In this document: in pieces, positions 1-13,100 of the stretch
Numbering within the stretch: position 1 is the stretch's first letter
How the letters are laid out: every line of letters begins with the position of its first letter
Source of the DNA: Paragordius varius
Taxonomy: Eukaryota; Animalia; Nematomorpha
Assembly: GCA_964247055.1 (NCBI GenBank)
Contig: OZ176053.1
Location: 10,292,001-10,356,000 of the forward strand
Length of the DNA stretch: 64,000 bases
Direction of reading: 5' to 3'
Position numbers and translations under genes: made by a program
The notes under the pieces: generated by a model
The model's database searches: none
What the model was told of the DNA's origin: nothing
Seen by the model: only the letters and a program-made list of their open reading frames with translations

Positions 1-580
1 TTTGTTGTTTCTTTATAAATTGTAATAGGTTTTCCCTGATTTGTGCGCTTTTAATATGCCTTATCAAGAATACTTTTACGTCTTTATATCTTGACCATAA
101 CACCACAAAAGTTTTAATAATTTTTAAACAATTTTATCAAATTGATTATGTTTACCGTTTTTAACAAACTTTTTTGATTGCTTATGTTGATATGTACCGA
201 AACTACTTTTAACGAAATAAGATAATCAAAATTGATACAAAGAGGATGGTAATAAATTTTTCTTAAAACACGAATTTTTGTTTTTAAAGGTTTTATATTT
301 TCCGTGTTCTTTTGATTGCCGTCACTCAATATGTTATAACTTTCCAGAAATATAATATTTTATCGAACGATTTGCTTTATAATAAATTTTTAGTTTTAGA
401 AGGAATTAATTTATTTTTATATTCACCAATTTTGTCAGTTAATCAAAAACAATGATTGATAATACATGACATGTTAATGTTACGAATAAAATATTATTCT
501 ATTAATCATTTTATTAGCTTCCGTGCCCGTTTTGTACTGACCACTTTTTTTGAGAAACAGTCTTCATTGTTTGTCCAATA

Positions 581-879
581 ATACACCATTTTCAAAAATT
601 TACCCTTTAACTATTCTAATTCACCCTTGAACAAATCAAATTCTTCCTAAAAATAAATTATCTTTTTTTCGGGCTAATATAACTCATCATTAATTAGAAA
701 ATATATTATGGCATAATTTATTATTTTTTCAGTATTAATTTAATTTTAAACAATTTTTTATAAACATAAAAAAATATAGTTAATTTTTAATTTAAAAAAC
801 ACATTATTTATTTTAGGCTGAATTTGCATTGTTCAAGGGTAAAATTGTTCGAGGGTTAATTTAAACTGTAAATGGTATT
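581..879. mobile_element. MITE family 1, copy A (imperfect TIRs, ATACCATTT-like ends)
   Basis: The left end (ATACACCATTTT...TTCACCCTTGAACAA) is the imperfect reverse complement of the right end (TTGTTCAAGGGTAA...AAATGGTAT). The interior matches 3072-3343 in opposite orientation. No ORF. Boundaries approximate. Confidence 0.7.
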
Positions 880-1173
880 ATATAAGGAGTTGTAATAGAG
901 ATAGGGTGGTACCTTTGTTAAATTTTGCACTTTTTGTTTTTTTACCATCGTATTCATTTTTCGGTTTTCTTCGGTGACCCACTCTTAAATTTAACTTTAA
1001 ATAAATTAACGATTCTAAAAAATTGGATGTTACCTTTTTAATTAACAAATACAACATAAATTAATATAATCGTTTATCTTTAAAATTATTTAGGGTATTT
1101 TCGAAAATAAAATTTTTCCTTATATATTTGGCTGGGTTAAGAATATTATACATATTAGTTTATACATGTATAG

Positions 1174-1991
1174 CATCAGCAAATGTTGTAAATTTGTTAA
1201 GCATGAGATATCCCGAATTAAAGAATGGCATTAAAGTTTTTACGCATGATGGAAAATATGTCGGAGTATCTAAAAAAGCGGCAAAAAAGGTTGAAACAGA
1301 AATTTTCATTTTTATATATACTATTAACTTTTAATCTAAAAAGATGGAAATTTTTATTTTTACAGTTAATTTCGTTATTAATTGGCAGGCGCTATTTGAA
1401 ACTGGTCTAACACGAGTCATTATACCGATCCCAATCTTGATTATACCACCTTTAATTACAAATTTTATGCAACACAGGTAATATTTATTTTAACTTTAAT
1501 TTGTTTTTTCGATTCATTTTCAATATGTAATTTTTTTTTACCAATTTTTATCCATCAGGAAAATTATAAAAAGGTATCCTCGATTAATGTTACCGATTAA
1601 CGTTTTGACAGTGAGTGCCTGTTTTACATTAGCTTTCCCGTTTGCATTATCTATTTTTCCTCAAACCTCAAAGGTAACTTAAGTTTACTAACTATTATTT
1701 TTTTGCTATAACATAATATTTAAATGAATTATTAATTTTACAATATTAATTAATTAATTATATTATCAGATTACTTAACATTTTATCTAAATAAAACCAA
1801 ATATTGGGTTTATATAGCGATCAATTAAGCTAAATTTTAAACCTTTTCGATAGGCTGTATCACATATTTCAATATATGGTATGAAATAATCTTGTTTTTA
1901 AATCTATTTCATTATATAGATTAAAACAAAAAGTATAGATGTAGCAAACCCTCCTAAAGATCCCTGGCTATATTACAACAAGGGCCTATAA
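1174..1991 (+). CDS. SFXN5: Sideroflexin (SFXN5-like mitochondrial carrier), 3' exons only
   Basis: Exons 1174-1289, 1389-1477, 1559-1673, 1920-1991 join in frame via GT-AG introns: ASANVVNLLSMRYPELKNGIKV...ALFETGLTRVIIPIPILIIPP...LAFPFALSIFPQ...YYNKGL*. The terminal NKGL and ASAN...MRY.EL..GI are sideroflexin hallmarks. Upstream exons were not found in the window. Confidence 0.9.
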
Positions 1992-2110
1992 TACTGCATT
2001 TTATAATTTATTTTATTGAAACAATAGAATTTTTAATTTAAATCAACTTGTATGAAATATATCAATCAGGAAAATAGAATAAATAAAATAATTATTTAAT
2101 GGTATAACGA

Positions 2111-2285
2111 GGCGTGATGGTATAGTAGATAGGGCGCCGGACTCTCACACTGCGTGCCAGAGTTCGAACCCCGAAACTACGCATTTTTTCCATCATCACT
2201 GTTAGCCCTGGGCAGGCGAGTGTTAAAACTTTAACAAGTCTGGATACAATATAAGTCCTTACCCTTTAATAAAAAAGGAAAAAAG
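2111..2285 (+). mobile_element. tRNA-derived SINE-like element / tRNA pseudogene (Glu-CTC-like head)
   Basis: Pol III A-box-like TGGTATAGTAG, B-box GTTCGAACC, anticodon-loop-like CTCTCAC, imperfect stems, an unrelated body and an A-rich 3' end. Confidence 0.6.
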
Positions 2286-2958
2286 AGACTCTAAACTGTT
2301 ATATTATATATACATTTACCATATCCAGCCAATAAATTTTTTAACATTTTTAGTTAAATTAAATCTTACTTGTTATATTTAATCGCTTGTTACTTCATCA
2401 TATATTTTTTTGACTACAATGGATGCCTATCACAATGAAGGCGATTTTTGAAAAAAACATGGCTTATTATCCACATCATGACCTTTTTTAAAAAATTATT
2501 TATTTTTTTGTTTATATATGGTATAAAAAATAAAATATTGAAAACCTAATTCAGATATTTAAATTATAAAGAATTAAATATGATGGCTCAGTAGATTAAA
2601 ATAAAACTACTTGTTTTTTAAGAAGTTATCGTACTCATTATGAGCATCTGTTATATTTGAAAAAATTCTTTATTTATTGATAAATAATTTATAAAAACAC
2701 CAGCCATGTAATTAAACTTAGATGCACACACAAAAACCCAAACACAAAAGTATTTCCTATGTGAACTAATATTGGCCGTTTCATCCTTTTCAATTGAAAT
2801 GTCCTTATTTTAGAACAATATGACTATAAATACCCCACAATAAGTAAAATAGTAAATATTTATTATATTTCATAATTTTTCAAATATATTTATGTGTATA
2901 TTAATATATAATTTTCTTGTGGTAAAAATATGGACTAAGGTACTTTAATTGATTAAAA

Positions 2959-5900
2959 TTAAAAAACTGGTATTTCATCTCGCCTCTTGCGTATGAGATC
3001 ATCATCCAGAGTAAGAAGGGTCTAAAAATAAAAATAATATATCAATTTAAATTAGGCGATTTATATATGTATATACCATTTACAGCTCAAATTTACCCTT
3101 AAACAATTCGAATTTAAACCTGAACAATTCAAATTCACCCTAAAATAAATTATGTATTTTTTAAGATTAAAAATTACCTATATTTTTTTTATATGTTTAA
3201 AAAATAAAATTACGTTTAAAATTAATATAATACTGAAAAAATAATAAACTATGCCATTAGAATATATTTCTTTTAATGATGAGTTATATTACTTCAAAAA
3301 CACATAATGTATTTTAGGGTATATTTAAATTTTAGATGGTATATTATTTATATAATAAATTAATGAAAAGGTTGAAAAGAGCCAATATTTTAAAAATTAT
3401 CTATAATATTGAACCAAATTTAAAAATGTTCTGACGAATATAAAAAATATTAAATAAGTTTAATTGTAAAAGTTTCTCATTCATTATTTGCCGCCAATTA
3501 TACGGGTTTTTGGTTAACCGCGTAAACTGACATATAAAAAAATTATTAAAAAACAAAAATTATATTAAGTCATCTATAATTTTTGAAAGCAAATACTGTT
3601 TGCTATTAATTTTTTTTAAAACCAACTGTGTTAGATTAAATTTAATAGTTGTCCAAATTTTTAAATGTAGTATACTCATATAAAAAAATAATATGAAATA
3701 CAATGTCAAATTTTACAGTGAATGAGAAAAATAGGGCAAGGGCTGAAAAGAAATGCCAAATGTCATGAACATCATAAAATTTGAAGGCTATACATTCCCG
3801 ATTCTTTTGACGTGATTGAGCTGGACTTACCTATGATATGTAATTGTGAAGTATTAATAAATATTTTATTTGCCAGTAAAATACTGATGAAGAGAGTTTT
3901 ATATTCCAGAGGCGTTAGATACATTTTTAAGCAAATCAAACCAAATATCAACAGTAAGTACCACCCATAAAAATATTATTTAAAACGCACATTAAGACAA
4001 TTTTTACCCAAATCATTTAGACATTATAACTAACTGTATTTTAATAATATGCCAAATCGAATGCATTAACACCGAATTTAACCAAATAATATTTTATAAT
4101 TAATAACAAAGGGTGTTATTGATGCAATTATTTAGCGGCAGTACTTCGACTTCCATTAAAGTTTCACCATAATTTTTCGAATATGTGGTTTCGCAGAATA
4201 CCCAAAACAAAACTGGCCTTTGATCTTAATTAACCAAAAATTATCCAACCAACACCACAAGGAGGTAGCAGTAAAACTATATTGGCCATTAATTTAATTA
4301 TGAATACACTGTGAATGAAAGGTAAAACAAATAAGAAAGTAATGTTTTTCTTAAAAAAGCATTACATTTTTCATTAATATATTTATCGCATAAATTACAT
4401 AGGGTTGAAAATCAATAAATATTATATAAATGCCTAATATTTTATCTCACAATAGCGATCAAATAAAATGGACGTTATGGATTATTATAATTTTGTAATT
4501 ACAGTCAAACCTCTTTTTGTACGTGGGACACGGAACACCGCATATAATAATCTTATAAGAAATGCATATTTTTGAATTCAGATATAATGCCAATTAATTT
4601 TTATAAAAATCAAAAATATTTTCATATGCGGTAAAATTAGGCTAAAATAAAATTAGGATTATCTACCTGCCATGAAATATTTCCATGCAAAAAGAAGTAA
4701 CAAGCCAAAGCCCAACAAATCATAGAACAAGCAATAAATATGGAGGAATATATGAGTATTTTTTCACCAGATCGAATCTGCCCAGTAATACACAAATAAA
4801 AAATGGAGTATATCCAATTATAAGTTTAATCTAACTACACATTGAGAAAATTATATGTATGTCGAAAATAGAGTAAAAATTGGAACTATAAAATTAAATA
4901 TAAAAACACAATTTTTTTCGAAAAAAGACAGCCATACATTTTTAAACTATTATTTTTCTAATGATTACACATATTAAAATAATGGGAAAAGATGTAAATT
5001 TGTTTTTATATATATTAAAACAATAGGTCGAGAGTTAAAAAAGCATGATTGACTCGCAAATCAAATGAAGCAAGTTGTTGTGTTAAAAATCGAGGTTTGA
5101 TAAAGTATGGCGGTCTTGATAATATGTTTGTGTTTTTACGTTTTGCTTTTATTTTTATTCTAAAATATCTACTAAAATTGACAAAAGGGTAAAAAAAAAC
5201 AATAAAATTTAAACCTTCATTATTATGTAAAAAGAAAGGTAGAGCAATAGATTGAGAATTAGTATAGAGAGTATGTATGAGGGAAAGTTTTTTGGCCGAA
5301 TATACAATCCATATATGCATCTAATTTACAAAAATTGATATAAATTATTTCCAAAAACTGTATAATCCAAAATTTTAAAACTTACATTGAAAGATTTGCT
5401 AAATTAGCTAAGATAAGTAGAATCAGTCGATCCTAAAATAGTGAAAATAAGATATAATATTTCAATAAAAATATTATTTTTTATTTGCTTTCTATATACT
5501 ATGATTAAGTGTTATTAAAATTTATATCTTGTGATTTTAACGTCAATATGTCTAACAACTTTTTGCTATCAGTAAAAAAATGTTAAATAAAATATTAATG
5601 TATACCATTTAAAACTCAAATTCGCCCTCAAATATTTCGATTTCGCCCTAAAACTTTTCAATTCACCCTGAAAATAAATTATGTTCTTTTAGTATAGCAT
5701 TTTTTATGCATTATAAACATTTGTAAAAAATATTAAAAAATATTAGTAATTTTTGATTTCAAAACATAATTTCCTTTTAGGGTGAATATGAAATGTTCGA
5801 AAATATCTAATGTAGCTAGCATACAGGATGTTTAGGGTATGGGTTGATAGGTATTTCTTCGCACCAAAATTGACGGGCACGATGAAATATATGATGATCC

Positions 5901-6823
5901 AATTTCCAATGTCCAATATAATAAATTTGAAGACTTAAGTAAAGGCACGTTAATATATGGCATATTGAAAACAATGACCAAAACATTGTATCACCATGTA
6001 ACTAAATCAATATAAATTAACAAATCTATAAATTCAAAAAAATGGTGATTGCAGCCAACACTTTTTTGTGGGGGCCGCAGAAAAATGCAAAAAAGTTTAA
6101 TTTTAAATTAAACATCAGAACCTCACTTTAAAAATCCCCTTAAAATGAACCATTAGTAAAATATTCTTGCTTTTCTGGATCTAAACTTTGACTCATATTT
6201 TTTTTAAAGTATTTAAGGGAATTTAAGGAAACATTTCATGATTAATTTTGTCTGTAAATAATATCACTAAAAATGACTTCAAAGAAGTCATTATTCATAA
6301 AGAGAGGTATGAAAATTGTCAACTTACAAAATAGTCCGAGGTTTGAATGTAAATGTGAAAAAAACACTTACGACTCCAATGACTGAAATAACTACGATAA
6401 GTGCAAACGCAAAATATGAATAATAGGAGCTGGCACTTTTGTCGGGATGTCGCGTTTGATAAATTTTAAGCATGGTAAGACAAGTTATGATGTACATGAA
6501 AGATGTATCTGGTTTAAAGCATAAAAAAATTACATTTAAAATCGTAGTTAAAATTCTGTTACATATTAAAAATTGGAAATGAACCCCATATAAATATCAA
6601 CAATATTATATAATCGCCAAGATTTAACAAAACTGTCTAAAATAAAATGATTCATAATTTTTTATATACCAATTAATGTAAAATTTATGTTTATACCGAA
6701 CTGATAATTGGAATAGTTTGGGCAGACATGATAACAACTACTCAAGATACCCTCAAAACATAAAGCAACTGCCATCGCATAAAACAGACCAAAATGTTGT
6801 GGAATACCATAGTACTAAATATG

Positions 6824-6874
<51 letters not shown>

Positions 6875-9800
6875 CGAAAAATATCAAATACATTAATTAG
6901 TAAACAATACCTTATCTATTGATCCATTTAAGACTCTAACATTTTGACGTATCCTATCCCTAAACAAATATATTTATAGAATAAATAATAAAATTAAAGG
7001 GCAAAACGCAAAAATAATAGACTATATTTTTCATACATAAACCAGATTTTTAAAAACTTTGAATTTATGATCTAACCTATTGTTTTGAGCTGCAAAATAA
7101 ACCCAGTTGTTTATTTCAGAATGGTAATCAATTAATTAGGTTATAGAAAAAATCAAAAAGCAAAAAATATTGTCTTTGTAAAATATATTAGTCTTTACGA
7201 TTTACCTTAAAATTTAACATTAAATAATAGTACAACATAAAATAAATAGAGTTAACATAAAAAACCTTCGCCAAACCAATATGAAAAACAGGATTCCCAA
7301 CAAAATATATCCAATATTGCTGTAAATATTGTTGAAAGATGTCATGTTCCCCAAGGGATGAGCACACATAAGGTTAAAATAACAAAAATCTTGATTTCCA
7401 GTTAAATTGATAATCTATATATAAATAATTGAAAAATAAATCAAATATTTTTGTTAATTTTAAGGATGCTAAAAATCAAATATTTTACCTTTTCATATGT
7501 AAAGACCAATTGAATGACGGGCAATATATAGAATATGGCTATCGGTATCAAATTCCTATCAATAAAATAATGTTAAACTTTGTGTGAGGGGTAAATATCA
7601 GGAAACAAGATTTGCATATATAAAAAGTTTTGAATATCATTATATGAAATGCCTTGAAATTTCAAAATTTCTCTGACACCCGAAAAATTGTTGTTGATTT
7701 TATTGACGAGGAAAAAAAATCAACCAAATATGTTTAATATTATTTTAACTAAAAAAATATTACCAATGAAATAAGAGATATTTTTCATGAAGTACACTAC
7801 CATGTTTTCGACAGAGATCCGCCACAGCAAGTTTGGCCTACAAAAAATATATGTTTCAATGATTGTATTAAAAGGGTAAAATATATTAATAAAAGGGATA
7901 TTTATCAAAATCTAGCAGTGGATAATTGAAATAATTTTTCCAATTGAATATGTAGCAAAATAGTCGTTTCGAATATGAAACTACCATCATTGAATGAAAA
8001 TAAGACATGTTCTCAGGAATATTGTTTCAAAGTTACGTTTTTATAGGGAGGGGTAGGTCGATAGTGTGGGGTTATACCCACGGACTATTTAAAAAGACGC
8101 TTGAACATAATCTACATTAATAAGTCCTAGATGAAAAATTAAATTCACCTGTTAAATGTTTTCCAAAAAATTTCAAAGAATTTTCATTATTTGGTTTTTG
8201 GCGAAAAACGCTCTTATTAAACAAAAGTTATTAACAACTTACTCAACATTTAAACAAAAGTAAATTTAATTTAAACTGTTGTAAAGGACCTGGTTTTCCC
8301 TTATCCGTTCAAGGTAATATTTATTTGTCGCCAACAGCTTTTCCGTTCGTGACATTGGTGTGGTGATGTTATTGGCCTCATTCATTGAGTTATCATTATT
8401 TGATAATATAGTTATATCATTTTTGCTATCTTGTGATTCAACATCATCATATTTTTTCTTCTTTGGGTCCAAAACATTTTGGGAATTATTATGGGGATTA
8501 TTATCAGTGTCATATGCTTGACGCATAGCTTCTTTGGCTATTAATCGTTGTTCTTCGTCGTAAATTGATGTTCGATTTGGGGACCGTGAAACTAAAAATT
8601 GACATAACCAAAAAAATTAAAAATTTAAATTGGAAAAAATTGACGGTTTTAGATCAAAATTTAAGTTTATCAAAGGCTTTCGATTTCATGATGATGATGG
8701 TGTATTGATTGAGACAAAATTTTACTTTTGAAATGTCCCCCTTGAAAAAAAACTTTTGTCTTTTTTTGGCATATATATATATATTAAAAAAGCTATCATT
8801 CGTTTACAACAATTCAGAAAAAAGCAACACTTATTTGAATCTCGTCCAAATGTTACTTAACTCGGGTTTATAATGTAAAAATGGTTGTGAATGACAGAAA
8901 TAATTTTTTCTTTGAACGTGTAAATTGTAGATCTATTAAAATGAACAGACTTTTTTGGCGAACTGTCTTATTGCTTTTAGTCTCAGCATTCTTATTTTTG
9001 GAGTTCGAGGAATGTTTTGTGTTTGCTGTATTCATATCCTCCGTATTTGAATCGGTAGAAGTTAAACTAATATCATCATCATTCGTATTTTCATTTATCA
9101 ACATTTCTTTATCAGGGTGTTCTTATAAAATAAATTTAAAAAATTTAAACCCAAAAGTTATATATATTTTTATAATAAAACTGGTATACCTGATGGGATG
9201 AGTTGAGAAACATTGTCTTGAGAATATGATGGAAAATTAACATTCGATGGGCTTTGTAGGAAACCTGAAAAAAGAAACAATTTTTCCCTCTGTATATAAA
9301 TAAATTAGGAAAAATCTCAATATACTATTAAAAATACCAAAATTCACACATTTAATCAAATATTGTGATTTATAAATTTTGTTGGATAAATAATTCGTTA
9401 ATTTAATACAAACAAAGAAAATTTAAAGTACATACTAAGGGAATCTGAAGATCCTGTGTTATCAATCAACCAATCAATATATTGTCGATTTTTATCTCTA
9501 GAATAAAATTGTTTGGATAACTTTTTAGCGTGGTTATGATATTCATTAAATATTTTTATAATAAGAATGTAGGAGTTAATGATAACAAATATCTAATTAA
9601 TTATGGTATATTTAGCCTTAAATACATTATATATAATCTTAAACATGAAATAGCATTATATCAAAAAAACGTTTAAACACTACATTGTTATGATTATGTT
9701 AAACTTCATAAAATAGGAAAAAAATAAAGAACATAATGAAAACTATAACATTTGCAATAAGTAAAGATTATAAATTCTAAAAATCATGAAGGCTAGACCC

Positions 9801-10058
9801 TTTTAAATTGGTTCACACACCTAAAGAAATAAAAAACAGTTGTGCGGTATATGATTTTATTAACAAATTAAGAGGGGAATGATACCTGTAATGTAACCAT
9901 GCCATAACTGAAAACGTGACAAAGAAAACAAAAACAAATACGGCCAATGGTGTGAGAACGGCAATTATATAATCCATCCCTAAATTGAATTAAGAATAAA
10001 TCACCAAAAAAATTACCCAAAAAACTATTTTAATTTTAAAATTATACGCTTCCCCATG

Positions 10059-10124
<66 letters not shown>

Positions 10125-13100
10125 AAATTAAAAATTAAGCAACAATCTTTAATTTTTATATAGAGTAACTGTTTATAACTTGTTAATGTTGGCAATATTT
10201 GTAACGTTATGGATTTGATTCGGTCCAAATCTTTTCGGGGATTCTCCCATGTGGCAAAAGCTATAATAACCAACAAATTATTTTGGATTTAGGCGCTTTA
10301 AATATCTCAAGATTGAATATATTTTTGCTAAAATTTAAAAAATATCTTTTTTGGTTGGGAAACCAATGTTTGTTATGTTACCGGACATATTTTAATATAA
10401 TCAAAACATTCATTTCACAAAGATTAATACATGGTTAAATTCCGCAACGTGACCCTTTTTTGTATTTAGAATCCAAAAGTTTATGTCGACGAAAAATTAT
10501 CAGGAAAGTCAAAAATGAACTCTAAAGTATGCGAAAGAAATTGATATAAAAACTAAAAACAAAACTGTATATAAATGGGCTAAAAGCAATAATAATAATA
10601 ATAATACATCCGCACCAAAATCAGTGAGAGTAAACCATGCAATAATATATGATCCAGCTATTGTTAAAAACAGCTATCATAACTCATAACTACTTTTCAG
10701 AAATTTTAACTAAACAATCCCATTACTACTCTATCGACACCTACTCAAAGCTGTGCTGAAAACCTAACAGAATCAGATATCCATACCGCTTTACTCAAAA
10801 TGAAAATAAACCTGGCCCTTCGGAGCTCAGGCTCGACATGCTTAAACTGACTACCCTGAGATTATCGACTCATATCTGACAACTTTATTCAAAAATATAA
10901 TAAAAGACTAAAAATCCCACATGACTGGGATAACAGCCATATCATTCCCATATACAAAAAAGGAGACTCCCTCCTGTCCGAATCCTACCGTCCAATAAAG
11001 TTATTAGATCACGCTATTAAAGTATATGATAAAGTAATTCGCTCCAAAATAATGCAATTTGGGTTACGGCCAAATAAAAGTCAAGTACAATAGATGCCAT
11101 ATTCACGCTAAGACATCTTCAAAGCGCATACATCAAAAAATCTCCTTTAAACAACGCTTTTCTTGACATGGAACGAGCCATTGATGCCATACCAAGAGAC
11201 CTTACATCATGGGCTTTAAGGCGACAAGGCATTGACGGATGGTTGATAAGCTCAATAATGCTCTTATACCGAACACCAGAGCCCAAAAAAACTCCGTTTG
11301 GTTTAAGTAAAAGTTTTTTAATAAAAAATGTAATCCACCAAGGATCCATAGCCCGACTCTCTTCAATGTCATTATGGAAGAAATAACTAAAGACATCGCA
11401 ACCGGCATGCCACACCAAATTCTTTACGCCGATGACCTCGTAATAACATCGACATCCGAAAGCGATCTCATAGCGAAAATTCGTTTGTGGAATGACACCC
11501 TACAAAGTTACAGACTTAAAGTCAATTTCTCCAACACTAAAATGTCTGATAATTACACCTCTAAAAATTCGTGCAGCATATGTAAAAAAGAAATGATATT
11601 AAACTCCGTACGCTGTAATTATTGTTGTCTATGGGTACACAAAAAATGTTGTAGTCTTAAACTTTAAATGATTACGATAAAAATTACAAATGCTAGGGAC
11701 ATTTAAATAGTAATAATAATATGAATTTAACTCCGACCCTTTCAATATGGAAACAGTAAGCACTTTCTGCTACTTGGGCGATATGATATCAGCGAATTAG
11801 AACATACAATCAAACATCGCATATCAAAAATCTGGAAAAAATACCATTCGTTAAATTAAGAAATAAAAAATTCGTCAAACTACAAACTAAATGTGCCATT
11901 TACACTACAGCCATCCGTCCCATCGTCACATACAGATCCGAATCCTGGCCGATGTCAAAAACAAATGAATCCAAACTCATAAACGCTGAATCCAAATTAT
12001 TGAAAACAATATTATTCGCAAATCCATCTAAATTCAATTATACCGAATCCTAAACCCGTACCTTATACTCAATCTCAACCCCATCAACAACGTCATCCTG
12101 GTCATGTTGAAGGACGGCAAGATACTTATATTCCCAAAACAATGAAATATTACTCGGTTGAACTACTAGCGAAATCCGGCCGACCCCATACCACATGGCT
12201 CAACACAAAAACAAAAGACCTCGAATCACTTAATTTAAATCTAGAATTAGCCAGAGCACGTAAAGATTGGAAAAAACGGGTGTACCGTCACATTTAATGG
12301 AGAATCCCCGTACAAATGAATGATGGTGAATGATGATGATTTTTGAAATTCCAATTAATATAATTTTTTCGAGGACATAATCAAATTTAAAATTTTTCAT
12401 ATTGATTTCGGCTTATTTTGACTGTTCCAAAATACCCACAAACCAATAAGTTTGCGGTAAGTTACACCCAACTTTAAAAAAGGATTATAAATTTTTAAGA
12501 CCGTAAAAGTTAATGTTAATCAAACTTGAGCCAATTAGTTAATAGCAATATTTAGCAAAAAAATTAATTATGAGCGGAAAGTGGGGTATTTATAGGGCTA
12601 GTTTATTGCAAATTTAAATCTTAGAAGAACTAAAATGCAAATATTATACGTGGACCACCAAAACCAAACCAAAAGTTTCGATGATATAAATGTTGATTAT
12701 TTGGATGATAATGTGAAGTCGGGCTTCGTTGAATAGCTCCAATACATTCATCATCAGTCGGTTTTACGACAAAAACTATGAAAAAACCTTGAGACGGGTA
12801 ATTGGCTTGCTATATTGTAAATATACATAAAGAGTTTCCGCATATATATATACTATACTTAATATTAAAATTATATAGACAAAATGTAAAAGCTAAAAGA
12901 ATAATATACCTTTAATAAAAAACAAATTTTTAATCTTAACATTTACAATTGTAAATCTTTAATTGAGTGTGTTAACAATTTAAATATTTATTCTTCCAAA
13001 GTTAATTTATATTAGAGTTAAAACATAATTGGTTGGATAATTGTGTTAATGATTGTCTAATTATTTGAATTAATTTAATTGAACTTAAAAAATAGTTTCT

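Noticed and set aside
114-329. Minus-strand 71-aa ORF and adjacent open frames at the window edge
   Set aside because: No recognisable motif; AT-rich open frames of this size are expected by chance.
8881-9201. Plus-strand ORFs at 6718 and 8881, and minus-strand ORFs at 11119, 11202, 15524, 18644, 38514, 40327, 53976 and 61923
   Set aside because: Antisense shadows of real exons or of the retroelement.
10410-10525. Possible extra SID-1 exon (DFPDNF-like)
   Set aside because: The phase-compatible frame contains a stop, and exon 12809-12650 joins exon 10260-10180 cleanly without it.
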